In this document: positions 12,758-23,407 of the stretch, piece by piece | Layout of the letters: the number at the start of each line of letters is the position of its first letter | Position numbering within the stretch: the stretch's first letter is position 1 | From: an uncultured Methylomirabilota bacterium | Lineage (GTDB): Bacteria > Methylomirabilota > Methylomirabilia > Methylomirabilales > 2-02-FULL-66-22 | Length of the DNA: 64,000 nucleotides | Assembly: GCA_963845565.1 (NCBI GenBank) | Contig: CAWJSJ010000002.1 | Span: 960,001 to 1,024,000 of the forward strand | Reading direction: 5' to 3' | Position numbers and translations under genes: made by a program | Notes under the pieces: model-generated | Told to the model about the DNA's origin: nothing | The model's database searches: none | What the model saw: only the letters and a program-made list of their open reading frames with translations

Positions 12758-13786
12758 GTGAAGATCACCCAGGCGGTACTCGGCGTCATCCTCGTAGTCG
12801 TTCTCCTCGTGTTTGCGGGACTCTACTTCGGGCAACAGCCGGGGAAGGTCTATCGGATCGGACGGCTCGGGGCGGGTGTTCCTGAAATAGACCCGCGGAT
12901 TTGCCCGTCCAAGGGCAATGCGTTCTGGAATACATGGGTCGAGGCGTTGCGGGAGCGCGGATATGTCCAGGGCCGGAATCTCGTCCTCGACTGCCGGTAT
13001 ACGGAGGGGCGGGAGGAGCGTGCCATACTCTTCGCGTCTGAACTCGTGGATCTCAAACCTGACCTCATCGTCGCCGCTGGTACCAATCAGGTCCGGGCGG
13101 TCAAGCAAGTCACCAGCTCGATCCCTATCGTCATGCATGATGTCATTGAACCCGTCAGGAGGGGACTCGTCGCCAGCCTCGCCCGCCCAGGCGGCAACGT
13201 CACGGGGGTGACGGACACTGCCGGCGTGGGAATCTATGCCAAGTATTTGCAGCTCCTCAAGGAGGCCGTCCCCACTATTTCCCGCGTGGCCATCCTCCGC
13301 TATTCGGGCTCTTTACGCGATCCCGTCTGGACGAGCGAGATGAATAAGGAGATAGAGGCAGAGGCGCGGGAACTCGGGGTCGTCCTACAGTCGTACTACG
13401 TCACGGTTCCCGAGGAGCTGGGGGCTGCCTTTGCCGCAATGACCAAGGCGAGGTCGGACGCGCTCCTCCTGTCGCCGCACCCCTCCTGGGGGACCCATAT
13501 TCAACAGATCGTCGATCTTGCCGCGCGGAGCCGGCTGCCGGCCATGTACCCCGATAAGCCGAACGTCGAGCGTGGAGGGCTCATGGCCTATACGGTGGAT
13601 TGGCTTGACACCGCGCGGCGTGTTGCGGCATACGCGGACCGAATCCTCAAGGGGGCCAAGCCGGGCGATCTACCGGTGGAGCAGCCGACCAAGTTCGAGC
13701 TGATTATCAATCTGAAGACCGCCAAGGCCCTCGGACTGACGATACCTCCGACGCTGCTCCTCCAGGCCGATGAGGTGATCCGGTAG
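12758..13786 (+). CDS. ABC-type substrate-binding protein (ABC_sub_bind/COG2984-like), orphan
   Basis: SLARPGGNVTG and GAKPGDLPVEQPTKFELIINLKTAKALGLTIP. Confidence 0.9.
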   Translation: MKITQAVLGVILVVVLLVFAGLYFGQQPGKVYRIGRLGAGVPEIDPRICPSKGNAFWNTWVEALRERGYVQGRNLVLDCRYTEGREERAILFASELVDLKPDLIVAAGTNQVRAVKQVTSSIPIVMHDVIEPVRRGLVASLARPGGNVTGVTDTAGVGIYAKYLQLLKEAVPTISRVAILRYSGSLRDPVWTSEMNKEIEAEARELGVVLQSYYVTVPEELGAAFAAMTKARSDALLLSPHPSWGTHIQQIVDLAARSRLPAMYPDKPNVERGGLMAYTVDWLDTARRVAAYADRILKGAKPGDLPVEQPTKFELIINLKTAKALGLTIPPTLLLQADEVIR

Positions 13787-13932
13787 TAGGCTGCGGGAAA
13801 AGGCCATCGATTGAAATCGAAGTTCGAAATTCGAATTTGAGCGAGGGATGAAGATCAAGTACCCAGGACCCGCTTACGCAGCCAGGACAAGGGAAGCTCG
13901 ACAACAACCTGGTGCAATTGGGGGGGGTCGCC

Positions 13933-15375
<1,443 letters not shown>

Positions 15376-15402
15376 CAGGATGCTGAGAAACTCGTTCTTG
15401 CC

Positions 15403-15527
15403 CAGGCTGCTCAAAAAGGTCCAGATGCAAGGCGGCACGCCGAAGCCCGAGCGAGACGTATTGGAAGTACGTCGCAGCGAGTGTCGAGACGGGCCAACGC
15501 AGCAGATGGGCCTTTTTCAGCAGCCTG
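15403..15527. mobile_element. 125-bp MITE, family D copy 1
   Basis: TIR CAGGCTGCTCAAAAAGGTCCA / TGGGCCTTTTTCAGCAGCCTG; paralogs at 50111 and 61876. Confidence 0.8.
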
Positions 15528-15539
15528 CCAGGTGATTCC

Positions 15540-17459
15540 GTGAGCGTGCAGCATCGCCTGTTCCGAAAATATGTCGTCATCTTCTTCGGCCTCGTCGGCA
15601 GCGTGCTGATCGTCAACGGTGCGATGGAGATCTATTTCTCGTATCAGGCCAACAAGGCGACGCTGGTCCGCGTGCAGGGCGAAAAGGCGGAAACCGCGGC
15701 GACGCGCATCGAGGAATTCATTCACGAAATCGTCACCGCGATCGCGTGGACGGCGCAGTCCGCCTACCTGCCGGCCGGCGAGGCCCCGCGGCAACGTTAC
15801 CTGAACTACTTGTGGCTCCTCCGGCAGGTGCCCTCCATTACCGAGGCGATGCATCTCGATGCGTCCGGGCGGGAAACGCTGCGGGTCTCGCGCCTGGCGC
15901 GCAATGTGGTCGGCAGCGGGACGGATTATTCGCAGGATCCCCGCTTCCTGGCCGCCCAGGCCGGCGCGATCTACTTCGGACCGGTCTATTTTCGCAGGGA
16001 TTCCGAACCCTACATGACCATCGCGCTTCCGCTGAAAGGTCCCGAGGCGGGGATCGCGGTCGCCGAGGTGAACCTGAAACTCTTCTGGGGTGTCATCTTG
16101 CAGGTCCGGGTCGGCGAGGCCGGGTACGCCTACGTCGTGGATTCAGGCGGCATCCTGATCGCGCATCCGGACATCGGCCTCGTCCTGCAGAAGACCGCGC
16201 TGGGCGCTCTCCCCCAGGTGCGCGCGGCCCTCGCTGCCTCGCCGCGCCCCGCGGGCCGAGGAGGCTCGGGGGCGGCGATCGGTACAGACCGGGGCGGTCG
16301 CGAGGTGTTGACCGCCCACGCGGCCGTCTCCCCGGTGGGCTGGCATGTGTTCGTGGAGCAGCCGCTCCGCGAGGCGTTTTCTCCCCTGTACGCGGCCATC
16401 CTGCGGACCGGCGCGTTGCTCCTGGTGGGCCTCGCGCTCTCCACGGTGGCCAGCCTGTTTCTTGCCCGGAGAATGCTCCGTCCGATCCAGGCGCTGCAGC
16501 AGGGGGCGGCGCGCATCGGGGCCGGATCGCTGGACGAGCGCATCACCCTGCGGACCGGGGACGAGCTGGAAGCCCTGGCAGAGCAATTCAACCGGACGGC
16601 CGCCCAGCTGCAGGAGTCGTACGCGAACCTGGAGCGCAAGGTCCAGGAACGTACGACGGACCTCGCCGAGGCGCTCCGCGCGCTGCAGGAGAAGACCCAA
16701 CAGCTTGAAATCGCCAGTCGTCACAAGTCCATCTTCCTCGCCAACATGTCCCACGAACTCCGCACCCCGATGCACGCCATCATCGGCTGCTCGGAAATCC
16801 TCCTGGATCCCTCCCTGCCCGTCACGGAGGTGGAGCGGCCGCAGTTCCTCCGGGACATTCTTGCCAGCGGCCGGCATCTCCTCGCGCTGATCAACGAAGT
16901 CCTCGACCTGTCCCGGATCGAGGCGGGCCGACTGGATCTGCGGATCGAGCCGACCGCGGTCCGTGAGGTGCTGGATGCCGTGCACGGGACGATGCGGCCG
17001 CTGGCCGCGAAGAAGCATATCCGGCTGGACCTGGAGTGCGCGGAGGACCTGGGGCTGGTTCCCATGGATGGCGTGCGGATTCGGCAGGCCCTGCTCAATC
17101 TGGTCGGCAACGCCCTCAAGTTCACGCCCGAGGGGGGACGCGTGTGGGTGCGGGGGTTCCTGTCTCACCCCGACGGGGGACTCCGGATCGAGGTCGAAGA
17201 CACGGGCCCCGGCATCCCCGAGGAGGAACGCGAGCGCATCTTCCTCGAGTTCCAGCAAGCCCCCGTCGCGCAGGGGGCCGGGCGCCCCGAAGGCGCGGGC
17301 TTGGGGCTGACCCTGGCGCGCCGCTTCGTCGAGCTGCACGGCGGTCGCCTCTGGGTCGAGAGCGAGGTGGGGCGGGGCAGCACGTTCATCGTCACGCTGC
17401 CGGCGGGCACGGCGGCGAGCACAAGCGATCCGTCAGCGCCGTCGCGGGCGCTCGTGTGA
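15540..17459 (+). CDS. Sensor histidine kinase (TM-Cache-HAMP-HisKA-HATPase)
   Basis: FLANMSHELRTP, NLVGNALKFT, DTGPGI and GAGLGL. Confidence 0.95.
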   Translation: MSVQHRLFRKYVVIFFGLVGSVLIVNGAMEIYFSYQANKATLVRVQGEKAETAATRIEEFIHEIVTAIAWTAQSAYLPAGEAPRQRYLNYLWLLRQVPSITEAMHLDASGRETLRVSRLARNVVGSGTDYSQDPRFLAAQAGAIYFGPVYFRRDSEPYMTIALPLKGPEAGIAVAEVNLKLFWGVILQVRVGEAGYAYVVDSGGILIAHPDIGLVLQKTALGALPQVRAALAASPRPAGRGGSGAAIGTDRGGREVLTAHAAVSPVGWHVFVEQPLREAFSPLYAAILRTGALLLVGLALSTVASLFLARRMLRPIQALQQGAARIGAGSLDERITLRTGDELEALAEQFNRTAAQLQESYANLERKVQERTTDLAEALRALQEKTQQLEIASRHKSIFLANMSHELRTPMHAIIGCSEILLDPSLPVTEVERPQFLRDILASGRHLLALINEVLDLSRIEAGRLDLRIEPTAVREVLDAVHGTMRPLAAKKHIRLDLECAEDLGLVPMDGVRIRQALLNLVGNALKFTPEGGRVWVRGFLSHPDGGLRIEVEDTGPGIPEEERERIFLEFQQAPVAQGAGRPEGAGLGLTLARRFVELHGGRLWVESEVGRGSTFIVTLPAGTAASTSDPSAPSRALV

Positions 17460-17519
17460 TCGCCGGGGCCTGCCGGGACACTGCAGTGCGCGGCGGCAAG
17501 CCCATTCCGTCGCCCGGCG

Positions 17520-17858
17520 TCAGTCGCCTTCCACGACCCGGCCCTTAAGGACCGCCCGCGCTTCCGCCAGGGCAGCCCGCCAGTCCCCAGCCGGTGCCGT
17601 CAGGGCGGTGGTCGTCCGGCCCGCGTCGCCCTCCCGCGGCGCCGGAACCTCGCAGCGCCAGCCGGGATGCGCGGGGTCGCTGACCGCGTCCCACCACACG
17701 AGGGCGGCGCCCCCGTCCCGCAGCGGAATCGCATAGGTCGCCGCACTGGCCTGGACAACCGCGGGGGTCTGCCCGGCGGCGTCGGAAACGGGGAGCGCCG
17801 CCGCCGCGAGGAGCGTCCCGCCCAACACCATGCTGCGCCACATCGTGTGCCGGGTCAT
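17520..17858 (-). CDS. Small secreted hypothetical protein
   Basis: MTRHTMWRSMVLGGTLLAAAALP signal peptide; sigma54 site upstream. Confidence 0.6.
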   Translation of the reverse strand: MTRHTMWRSMVLGGTLLAAAALPVSDAAGQTPAVVQASAATYAIPLRDGGAALVWWDAVSDPAHPGWRCEVPAPREGDAGRTTTALTAPAGDWRAALAEARAVLKGRVVEGD

Positions 17859-17970
17859 CTGCGGGCCCTTCCGTTGTCGTCCGTGCTGTGGCGGGATGCG
17901 CCTGGGAATCGAACCTCTTGTGCCCCTTGTGCCTTTTGTGGTGAACCTTGTCGGCTCAAGCGGAAGAGAG

Positions 17971-17986
17971 AGCATCCGCCGTGCCG
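17971..17986 (-). promoter_or_regulatory. Putative sigma54 promoter
   Basis: Reverse complement CGGCACGGCGGATGCT, GG-N10-GC. Confidence 0.6.
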
Positions 17987-18240
17987 GAGGAGGCTCCGTC
18001 GGCGGCCGGTCCGGCATCGCCTGAGAAATCAAGGGTTTCCACCGCCGAGCCCGGGGCGGTCGGCGAGTGTGTCTCCACGCGGCACGGCACGAGAGGAGAC
18101 AGGGCGTCTCCCCGATGCCACCCCGGCCTCCTGCGCTTCCCACTCACTGCCCGCTGCCAGCTATCATCTTCCCTTGCCCAAGCGCCCATTCTGCCCAATC
18201 GACACGCTCCGCTGCCGTCTCCGCCTGCACTCCTTTCGCC

Positions 18241-18269
18241 TTGACAGTCGGAGAGGGCTGGCTTAAAAA
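18241..18269 (+). promoter_or_regulatory. Sigma70 promoter of tRNA-Leu
   Basis: TTGACA-N17-TAAAAA, 15 nt upstream of the tRNA. Confidence 0.55.
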
Positions 18270-18284
18270 GGGAACGCACGAAAC

Positions 18285-18371
18285 GCCGGGGTGGTGAAAC
18301 TGGTAGACGCACGGGACTCAAAATCCCGCGGGCTTCGGCTCATGAGGGTTCGATTCCCTCCCCCGGCACCA
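18285..18371 (+). tRNA. tRNA-Leu (CAA)
   Basis: 87 nt, anticodon arm CGGGA-CTCAAAA-TCCCG, long variable arm, GGTTCGATTCC, CCA end. Confidence 0.97.
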
Positions 18372-18421
18372 TTTATCTTTTCGGTAGTTACGCGATTCGC
18401 AGAAGGTGTGGTAACCGGCGT

Positions 18422-18467
18422 CTCAAAATCCCGCGGGCTTCGGCTCATGAGGGTTCGATTCCCTCCC
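18422..18467 (+). repeat. 46-bp exact duplication of tRNA-Leu from the anticodon loop to the start of the acceptor stem (att-like)
   Basis: CTCAAAATCCCGCGGGCTTCGGCTCATGAGGGTTCGATTCCCTCCC is identical to 18317-18362. Confidence 0.9.
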
Positions 18468-18889
18468 GCGATTCAAACTCTCATGATATAGCACCGAGCG
18501 TCTTCCATTGAGCCGCTTGCCTTTGTCTGATCCCTTCATTCCCATCATAAAGCTATCTCGCAGCACCCCGCGAAGGGGGCGTGCTTGGGAGAGCGCCGAT
18601 AACCGGGTGGGAAGGGCGGGATGCGATACACAAAAACGTACGAAACAGACACCCGGTGTTTTGAAGTTTGGGGCACCCAGCGCGTGGCAAGACTGATCGC
18701 AGAGGTAACGCGGCATCGTGGCCATTGCCGTTGATTGGATTGACTGACCGCTCCCCCCCGACCTTTCGGAGCTCCTCCTATATATCGTGGGCTTCCCGTC
18801 GGCCCATCCCCTCGAGTCTCGCCACAGCAATCTCGCGAATCCAGTGATTTCAAAGGGTGCAGATCTCTCTGTTCCCTCGACGCACGGTA

Positions 18890-18905
18890 TGGACCTGTTG
18901 TTGCA
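18890..18905 (+). promoter_or_regulatory. Putative sigma54 promoter
   Basis: TGGACCTGTTGTTGCA, GG-N10-GC. Confidence 0.5.
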
Positions 18906-18974
18906 CCTTCCATCCCATAGAGACGTGGGATTCCGTCCGATGGGCGCTCCGAGCGAAAGAGGTCGACGAGGGCC

Positions 18975-19394
18975 ATGGTCATTTCCACCCTGCGGATTGT
19001 CACGACGCCCAAATCTCGGGTGGAGGTCATCAGGGCCCTCGCGGCCCAGTTGGGTCCGACGCGTGTGCAACCCGGCTGCCTTCGGTGCGATCTCTACCGG
19101 GATGTCGAGGACCAGGGGGCGATCACGCTGGTGGAGGAGTGGAGATCGCAGGCCGAGCTGGACCTGCGCTTACGCTCCGAGGACTACCGTTCTGTTCTCG
19201 CGGCGATCGAGTTGGCGCACGAGCAACCCATCATTCACTTCGACACGGTCACCAGACGTGGGGGTTTGGAGATCGTCGCCTCGGCCAGAGAGTTCTCGCA
19301 TGGCACCTGCAGCCTGCCGGGGCTAGGGTTGGAGTCGGGTCGTGCGGCTCCGGCCGGTCCCGGCCCCGCCTGTTGCCAACTCCCTATCGGGTGA
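18975..19394 (+). CDS. Antibiotic biosynthesis monooxygenase (ABM) family protein
   Basis: QPGCLRCDLYRDVED...LVEEWRS. Confidence 0.8.
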   Translation: MVISTLRIVTTPKSRVEVIRALAAQLGPTRVQPGCLRCDLYRDVEDQGAITLVEEWRSQAELDLRLRSEDYRSVLAAIELAHEQPIIHFDTVTRRGGLEIVASAREFSHGTCSLPGLGLESGRAAPAGPGPACCQLPIG

Positions 19395-19470
19395 CGGTCC
19401 GCTCGGTGGACGCCGCCATGAGAGGCGGAAGGGTTCCAAAGCGGAAACCCAGATTCAGGAGGGCGCGACC

Positions 19471-19821
19471 ATGAAGCCAGAGACTGCAGCGAAGATGAAG
19501 TACGGAGTGTGGGGCCTTATTTGTGGGGCAGTCATCGCTATGATCATCGGCTTTGTGTGGGGGGGCTGGACAACCTCCGGCACGACCCAAACGATGACCA
19601 AAGAGGCGGTCGTGGCGAGCCAGGCGGCGATCTGCGTCGCCCAATTTATGAAGCAACCGAGCCCAGACGAGAAACTGAAAGCCCTCGCGGACGTAAGTAA
19701 CTGGCAGCGAGCCGAATTCATTGAAAAAGGGGGCTGGGATAAGATGCCCGGGCAAGAAAAGGCTAGCTATGCGGTCGCCCGAGCATGTGCCGATGGGCTT
19801 GAGCTTCTGATCAAGAAATGA
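19471..19821 (+). CDS. Conserved hypothetical membrane-anchored protein
   Basis: AGGAGG RBS; IGFVWGGW, ICVAQF and GGWDKMPG, with two Cys likely forming a disulfide. Confidence 0.75.
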   Translation: MKPETAAKMKYGVWGLICGAVIAMIIGFVWGGWTTSGTTQTMTKEAVVASQAAICVAQFMKQPSPDEKLKALADVSNWQRAEFIEKGGWDKMPGQEKASYAVARACADGLELLIKK

Positions 19822-20058
19822 GGACGGTGCGGGTGGGAGGCCCCTTGCCAGGGCCATCCTGGGTTCGCTTGCACGGGACCAGCGGTCCCGCGTTCGAGTG
19901 AGAAACGACGGCGCGTCGCTCGGGCCGTGGCCGGCGGCGCATGGAGAGTGTTATGCGACGCCGGAGCCGTGACAAACGCGGGCAAGGACGTCGCCACATT
20001 TGTCCGCGCCGTGCGAGGAGGATGCGCTCCCTGACTTCATCACTGCAGGACGGCACTC

Positions 20059-20195
20059 ATGCCGACGAATGATTTTCGCTGACGATGGGCATTGCAGAGC
20101 GGAGCCGAAATCGGATCAAGTGCCCGAAGTGCACCTCGCAGAACGTCGAGCCGGTGTTTTCGATGTGTTGTGTCAAGACCGTGCGCAAGGCTCGA
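20059..20195 (+). pseudogene. FmdB-type zinc-ribbon gene remnant with internal deletion
   Basis: MPTNDFR, then in another frame FSLTMGIAERSRNRIKCPKCTSQNVEPVFS; first CxxC missing. Confidence 0.6.
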
Positions 20196-20512
20196 CGGCA
20201 CGAGTGTCGCGAGCGTCGGGGCTTCCTCGGCGCTCGTGGTGTGTTACTACGCAGCGCGGAATAATGGCTACACCGCCCGCCGCGCTGCTCCGTTCGTGGG
20301 GAAGGCCCTCGCTCTTGCACTCGATGCGACGCAAGCGCTCGGCCCTCCCCACGGGCCCCTCCGAGAGGGGCGGGCCGCCGCCCCTCGTCGGACTCTCCCC
20401 GGACTGTGCGCTTCTGTTTGGCGTGTTGCCTATTTTACGCACCGCACAGTAAGAATCGGGATCCCCGCAGCATGCCAGCGCCCTTCATTGTTGGGACGGG
20501 CGATAAAACGGC

Positions 20513-20590
20513 TTACGCCACCCACTGGCCGCTAAACGGCACAACCAGAAGCTCATGTTTCCAAGTCATTATACCGATGGGTTCGGGCCC
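20513..20590 (+). repeat. 78-bp direct repeat A1
   Basis: Ungapped alignment to 26070, 26891, 28435 and 28560 (61/78 to A5 by hand count). Confidence 0.85.
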
Positions 20591-21379
20591 GGTTGTCAAC
20601 CCCGCAGGAAACCCTCGCTACATCGCAACCACCTCTTCGAGCGGAATCATCATCGCACGATGTCTCAAGGGATTCAGGGTGATATCTTTGGAGGACGCTC
20701 ACCCTGGAGAACCCCACCCGTATGTAGCTGCGCCTGAACAAAAATAACAACACCTGACGGGTTCGATTCCCCTCTGGGATGAACCCAGGAATAACGAGAA
20801 CTACCCCCCGCTTCCCCCTATCTAGGGCCGGCGTAAGAATCAACAATCGCCGACGCCCGAACCGAGCGGCCCTCTTCTTTGCGCTCGCGTGTTCAGCCCT
20901 TATCGGCCTCCGGCCTTGACAGTGAGCTGCCCGCGGCGTACGCTTTCCGTACCATCACCTCCGCATCACTCGGTGTCCCGGTTGGGACGCTGGCCCTTCG
21001 TACCCCACCCGGCCACCGCGGACGATTCGGTGTTCTGCTCCTCCGACGACAGACTCGGGTCGCGACAGGGGGAGGTTCCATGGGCTCCGCGGCGCCGAAG
21101 ACGGGACTGGCCCGCACGCTATCCCTTCCGCTTAGCAGGGCCGTGCTCGCCGCTGCGTTCGCGCGGGCGGGGAGGCCGCAGGGGGGGGGCGGCTCCCGCA
21201 ACTCGGCCTCCCGGCCGTATGCCGTTGGGAAAACCTGCCCACCTCCCCGCCGCCCACACCGGAACCTCCCGCTCGCACTTGCCTCATGGCCGAAACAGCC
21301 CTGGCATCCCCCGCCGAGCGCGGGGACGACTCCGCGACACGCGGGAGGGGCAACGCGGTCACCCGCAGGAGGACTGAAG

Positions 21380-22210
21380 ATGAAATGGATCACGTTCTCT
21401 CGGAAAATGGGCACCCAGGGAACCGAAGTGGCCAAGCGAGTGGCCAGCGGCCTCGGGTATCCGCTATACGACACCAAAGCCATCAACCACATGGCCGAGG
21501 AGCTGGGCGTCTTGGGGAGTGTCAGGAAGGTCGATGAAAAGGTACCGCCCCTCTTTCAGCGGCTCTTCTCCCAGCGCCCCATGGTCTACCTCGAACGGCT
21601 CTATTCGGTCATCTATGAACTCGCCAAACAGGGCGATGCGGTCTTCCTGGGCCGGGGCAGTCATGTCCTTTTGCGGGACTTCCCGTGTGCCCTGAACGTT
21701 CGGGTAACCGCCTCCCCGGAGACCTGCCTGCGCACGTTGCTGGACCAAGGGCTCAACCGCGAGGCGGCGGCGCGCGCGATCAAACGCACGGATGATGAAC
21801 GGAGTGCGTTCGTCCAGTTCGCCTTCGGCGTAGATTGGGCGGACCCCGTGCGGTACGACCTCGTCCTTAACATGGATAAACTGAGCGTGAGTCTGGCGGT
21901 CAGCACGGTGCTGCAGATGGTGCGCTCCCCGGAATTCTCCGAGGCCTCCACGGAGGCCCTCCGCGCCTTGGACACGATGGCCCTAACCAGCCGGGCCGAG
22001 GCCGCCCTGATAGAAGCGACCTTTGGCTACGAATTCGCCACCTCCCTGTCCGTGTCCGTGGTGGCGCCGCGAAAGATCCAGGTGCGTGGAACTGTGGGCA
22101 CGGAGGCGCGGAGAGCGGAAGCCGAACAGGTCTTGCGAGCAGTGAAGGGGGTTGATGCGGTCGAGAATCTGATCGAGGTGGCGCAGGTGATCCCGATCCA
22201 AACTGTGTGA
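21380..22210 (+). CDS. Cytidylate kinase-like family protein with C-terminal BON domain
   Basis: ITFSRKMGTQG, GRGS and YDLVLN; C-terminal VKGVDAVENLI. Confidence 0.85.
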   Translation: MKWITFSRKMGTQGTEVAKRVASGLGYPLYDTKAINHMAEELGVLGSVRKVDEKVPPLFQRLFSQRPMVYLERLYSVIYELAKQGDAVFLGRGSHVLLRDFPCALNVRVTASPETCLRTLLDQGLNREAAARAIKRTDDERSAFVQFAFGVDWADPVRYDLVLNMDKLSVSLAVSTVLQMVRSPEFSEASTEALRALDTMALTSRAEAALIEATFGYEFATSLSVSVVAPRKIQVRGTVGTEARRAEAEQVLRAVKGVDAVENLIEVAQVIPIQTV

Positions 22211-22403
22211 TGTCTCTACGGGGAGGTGGATTATGCCTGAGGCTCCCTGTCTCCTCACGCTCCATCCCCAACGCGAGCCTCGTGGGGCGCCCCGCGCGGT
22301 GTCCTCCCTCGCAGAAGGCAGAGTGACGGTGAGGCTGGTGGATGGCGGCCCGCGTGTCCTCCACAAGACCCGCGTCCACCCTCACTGAGCAGGAGGATGT
22401 AAG

Positions 22404-22898
22404 ATGGAACAGAGAACGAAGCGCAAGGCATTCTCGGGGTATCGCCGCATCCTGTGGCCGACAGACCTCTCGCGCCTCGCGAGGGCGGCGCTCCCCCACG
22501 CCCTGCAGTTGGCCGCGGGCAGCAAAGGGGAACTGGTCATCGTCCATGTCTTACCCTTGGTGGCCGCCTACGTGTCTCCCGAGATCGCGGGGCTCCCCTG
22601 GGAGCAGATCGACCGGGCGAATCGGGTGAGCGGAAAGCAGAAGCTCGACCGGATCACGAGTGCGATCAAGGCCGCGCATCCAGAGCTCCAGGTCCACAAC
22701 GTCTTGGCGAAAGGCGTGGTCTCCGAGGAGGTCCTGCGGGTGGCGAGACGCCTCCGCTGCGGCCTGATTGTGCTCGCCACCCACGGGCGCACCGGACTGA
22801 AACACGTGCTGATGGGCAGCGTGGCGGAGAATGTGGTGCGGCGCGCACCCTGTCCGGTGCTGATCGTGCGGCCGCGCGGATACACATCGCGCGGATAA
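22404..22898 (+). CDS. Universal stress protein (UspA family)
   Basis: ILWPTDLS and ATHGRTGLKHVLMGSVAENVVRRAPCPVL. Confidence 0.93.
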   Translation: MEQRTKRKAFSGYRRILWPTDLSRLARAALPHALQLAAGSKGELVIVHVLPLVAAYVSPEIAGLPWEQIDRANRVSGKQKLDRITSAIKAAHPELQVHNVLAKGVVSEEVLRVARRLRCGLIVLATHGRTGLKHVLMGSVAENVVRRAPCPVLIVRPRGYTSRG

Positions 22899-23407
22899 CA
22901 TCAGGCCCCGGCTGAGGGACACCAGCGGGAACTGCGAGCGGTTGGGGGAGATCACCGCACGCCATCGTCTGGGTGCCCTAAGCCAAGGAGCTGCCTGTGG
23001 TCCGTAAGAACTCCATCTGGGGTTGCGGATGTTGGGGCAGTCGGCATAGGTATTCAATCAGTGGACGTTGTCGGGGATTCTCGGGGAGCAGGCCCACGCA
23101 GCGATAATGTCGGGGTGGGACACTCGGTGGGGGCAGGCCAGCCGGCGCACCCAGAGTCGGTCGCGACCTGCAGGCCATGGCCCGCCCGCGCGGACCGACC
23201 AAAATGCCGCATTGACCCACCTCGACTCGTGGGGTACGTTCCTTGGAAATCCGGACCAGTTACAACGCGTTCGCCTCCCGGAAGTCAATCCCCACGGGGC
23301 GTGCCATGATCATGCAACCAGGATACAGCGGGAACCACGAAGCTACCGGGTCGGACTTCCCTGCCAGGGGCGGCATCAACCGCCAGCCAACGAATAAAGC
23401 GCACCAG

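Noticed and set aside
18422..18467. Second tRNA gene
   Set aside because: It lacks the 5' half and the CCA end, so it is treated as an att-like fragment.
20536..20552. CGGCAC in repeat A as a sigma54 promoter
   Set aside because: The GC lies 11 nt, not 10 nt, after the GG, and TTGC is absent in all copies.
20406..20747. ORFs through repeat A (PLNGTT...CFQVI) as a peptide family
   Set aside because: A4 has stops in that frame, the starts are not shared, and the changes do not look synonymous.
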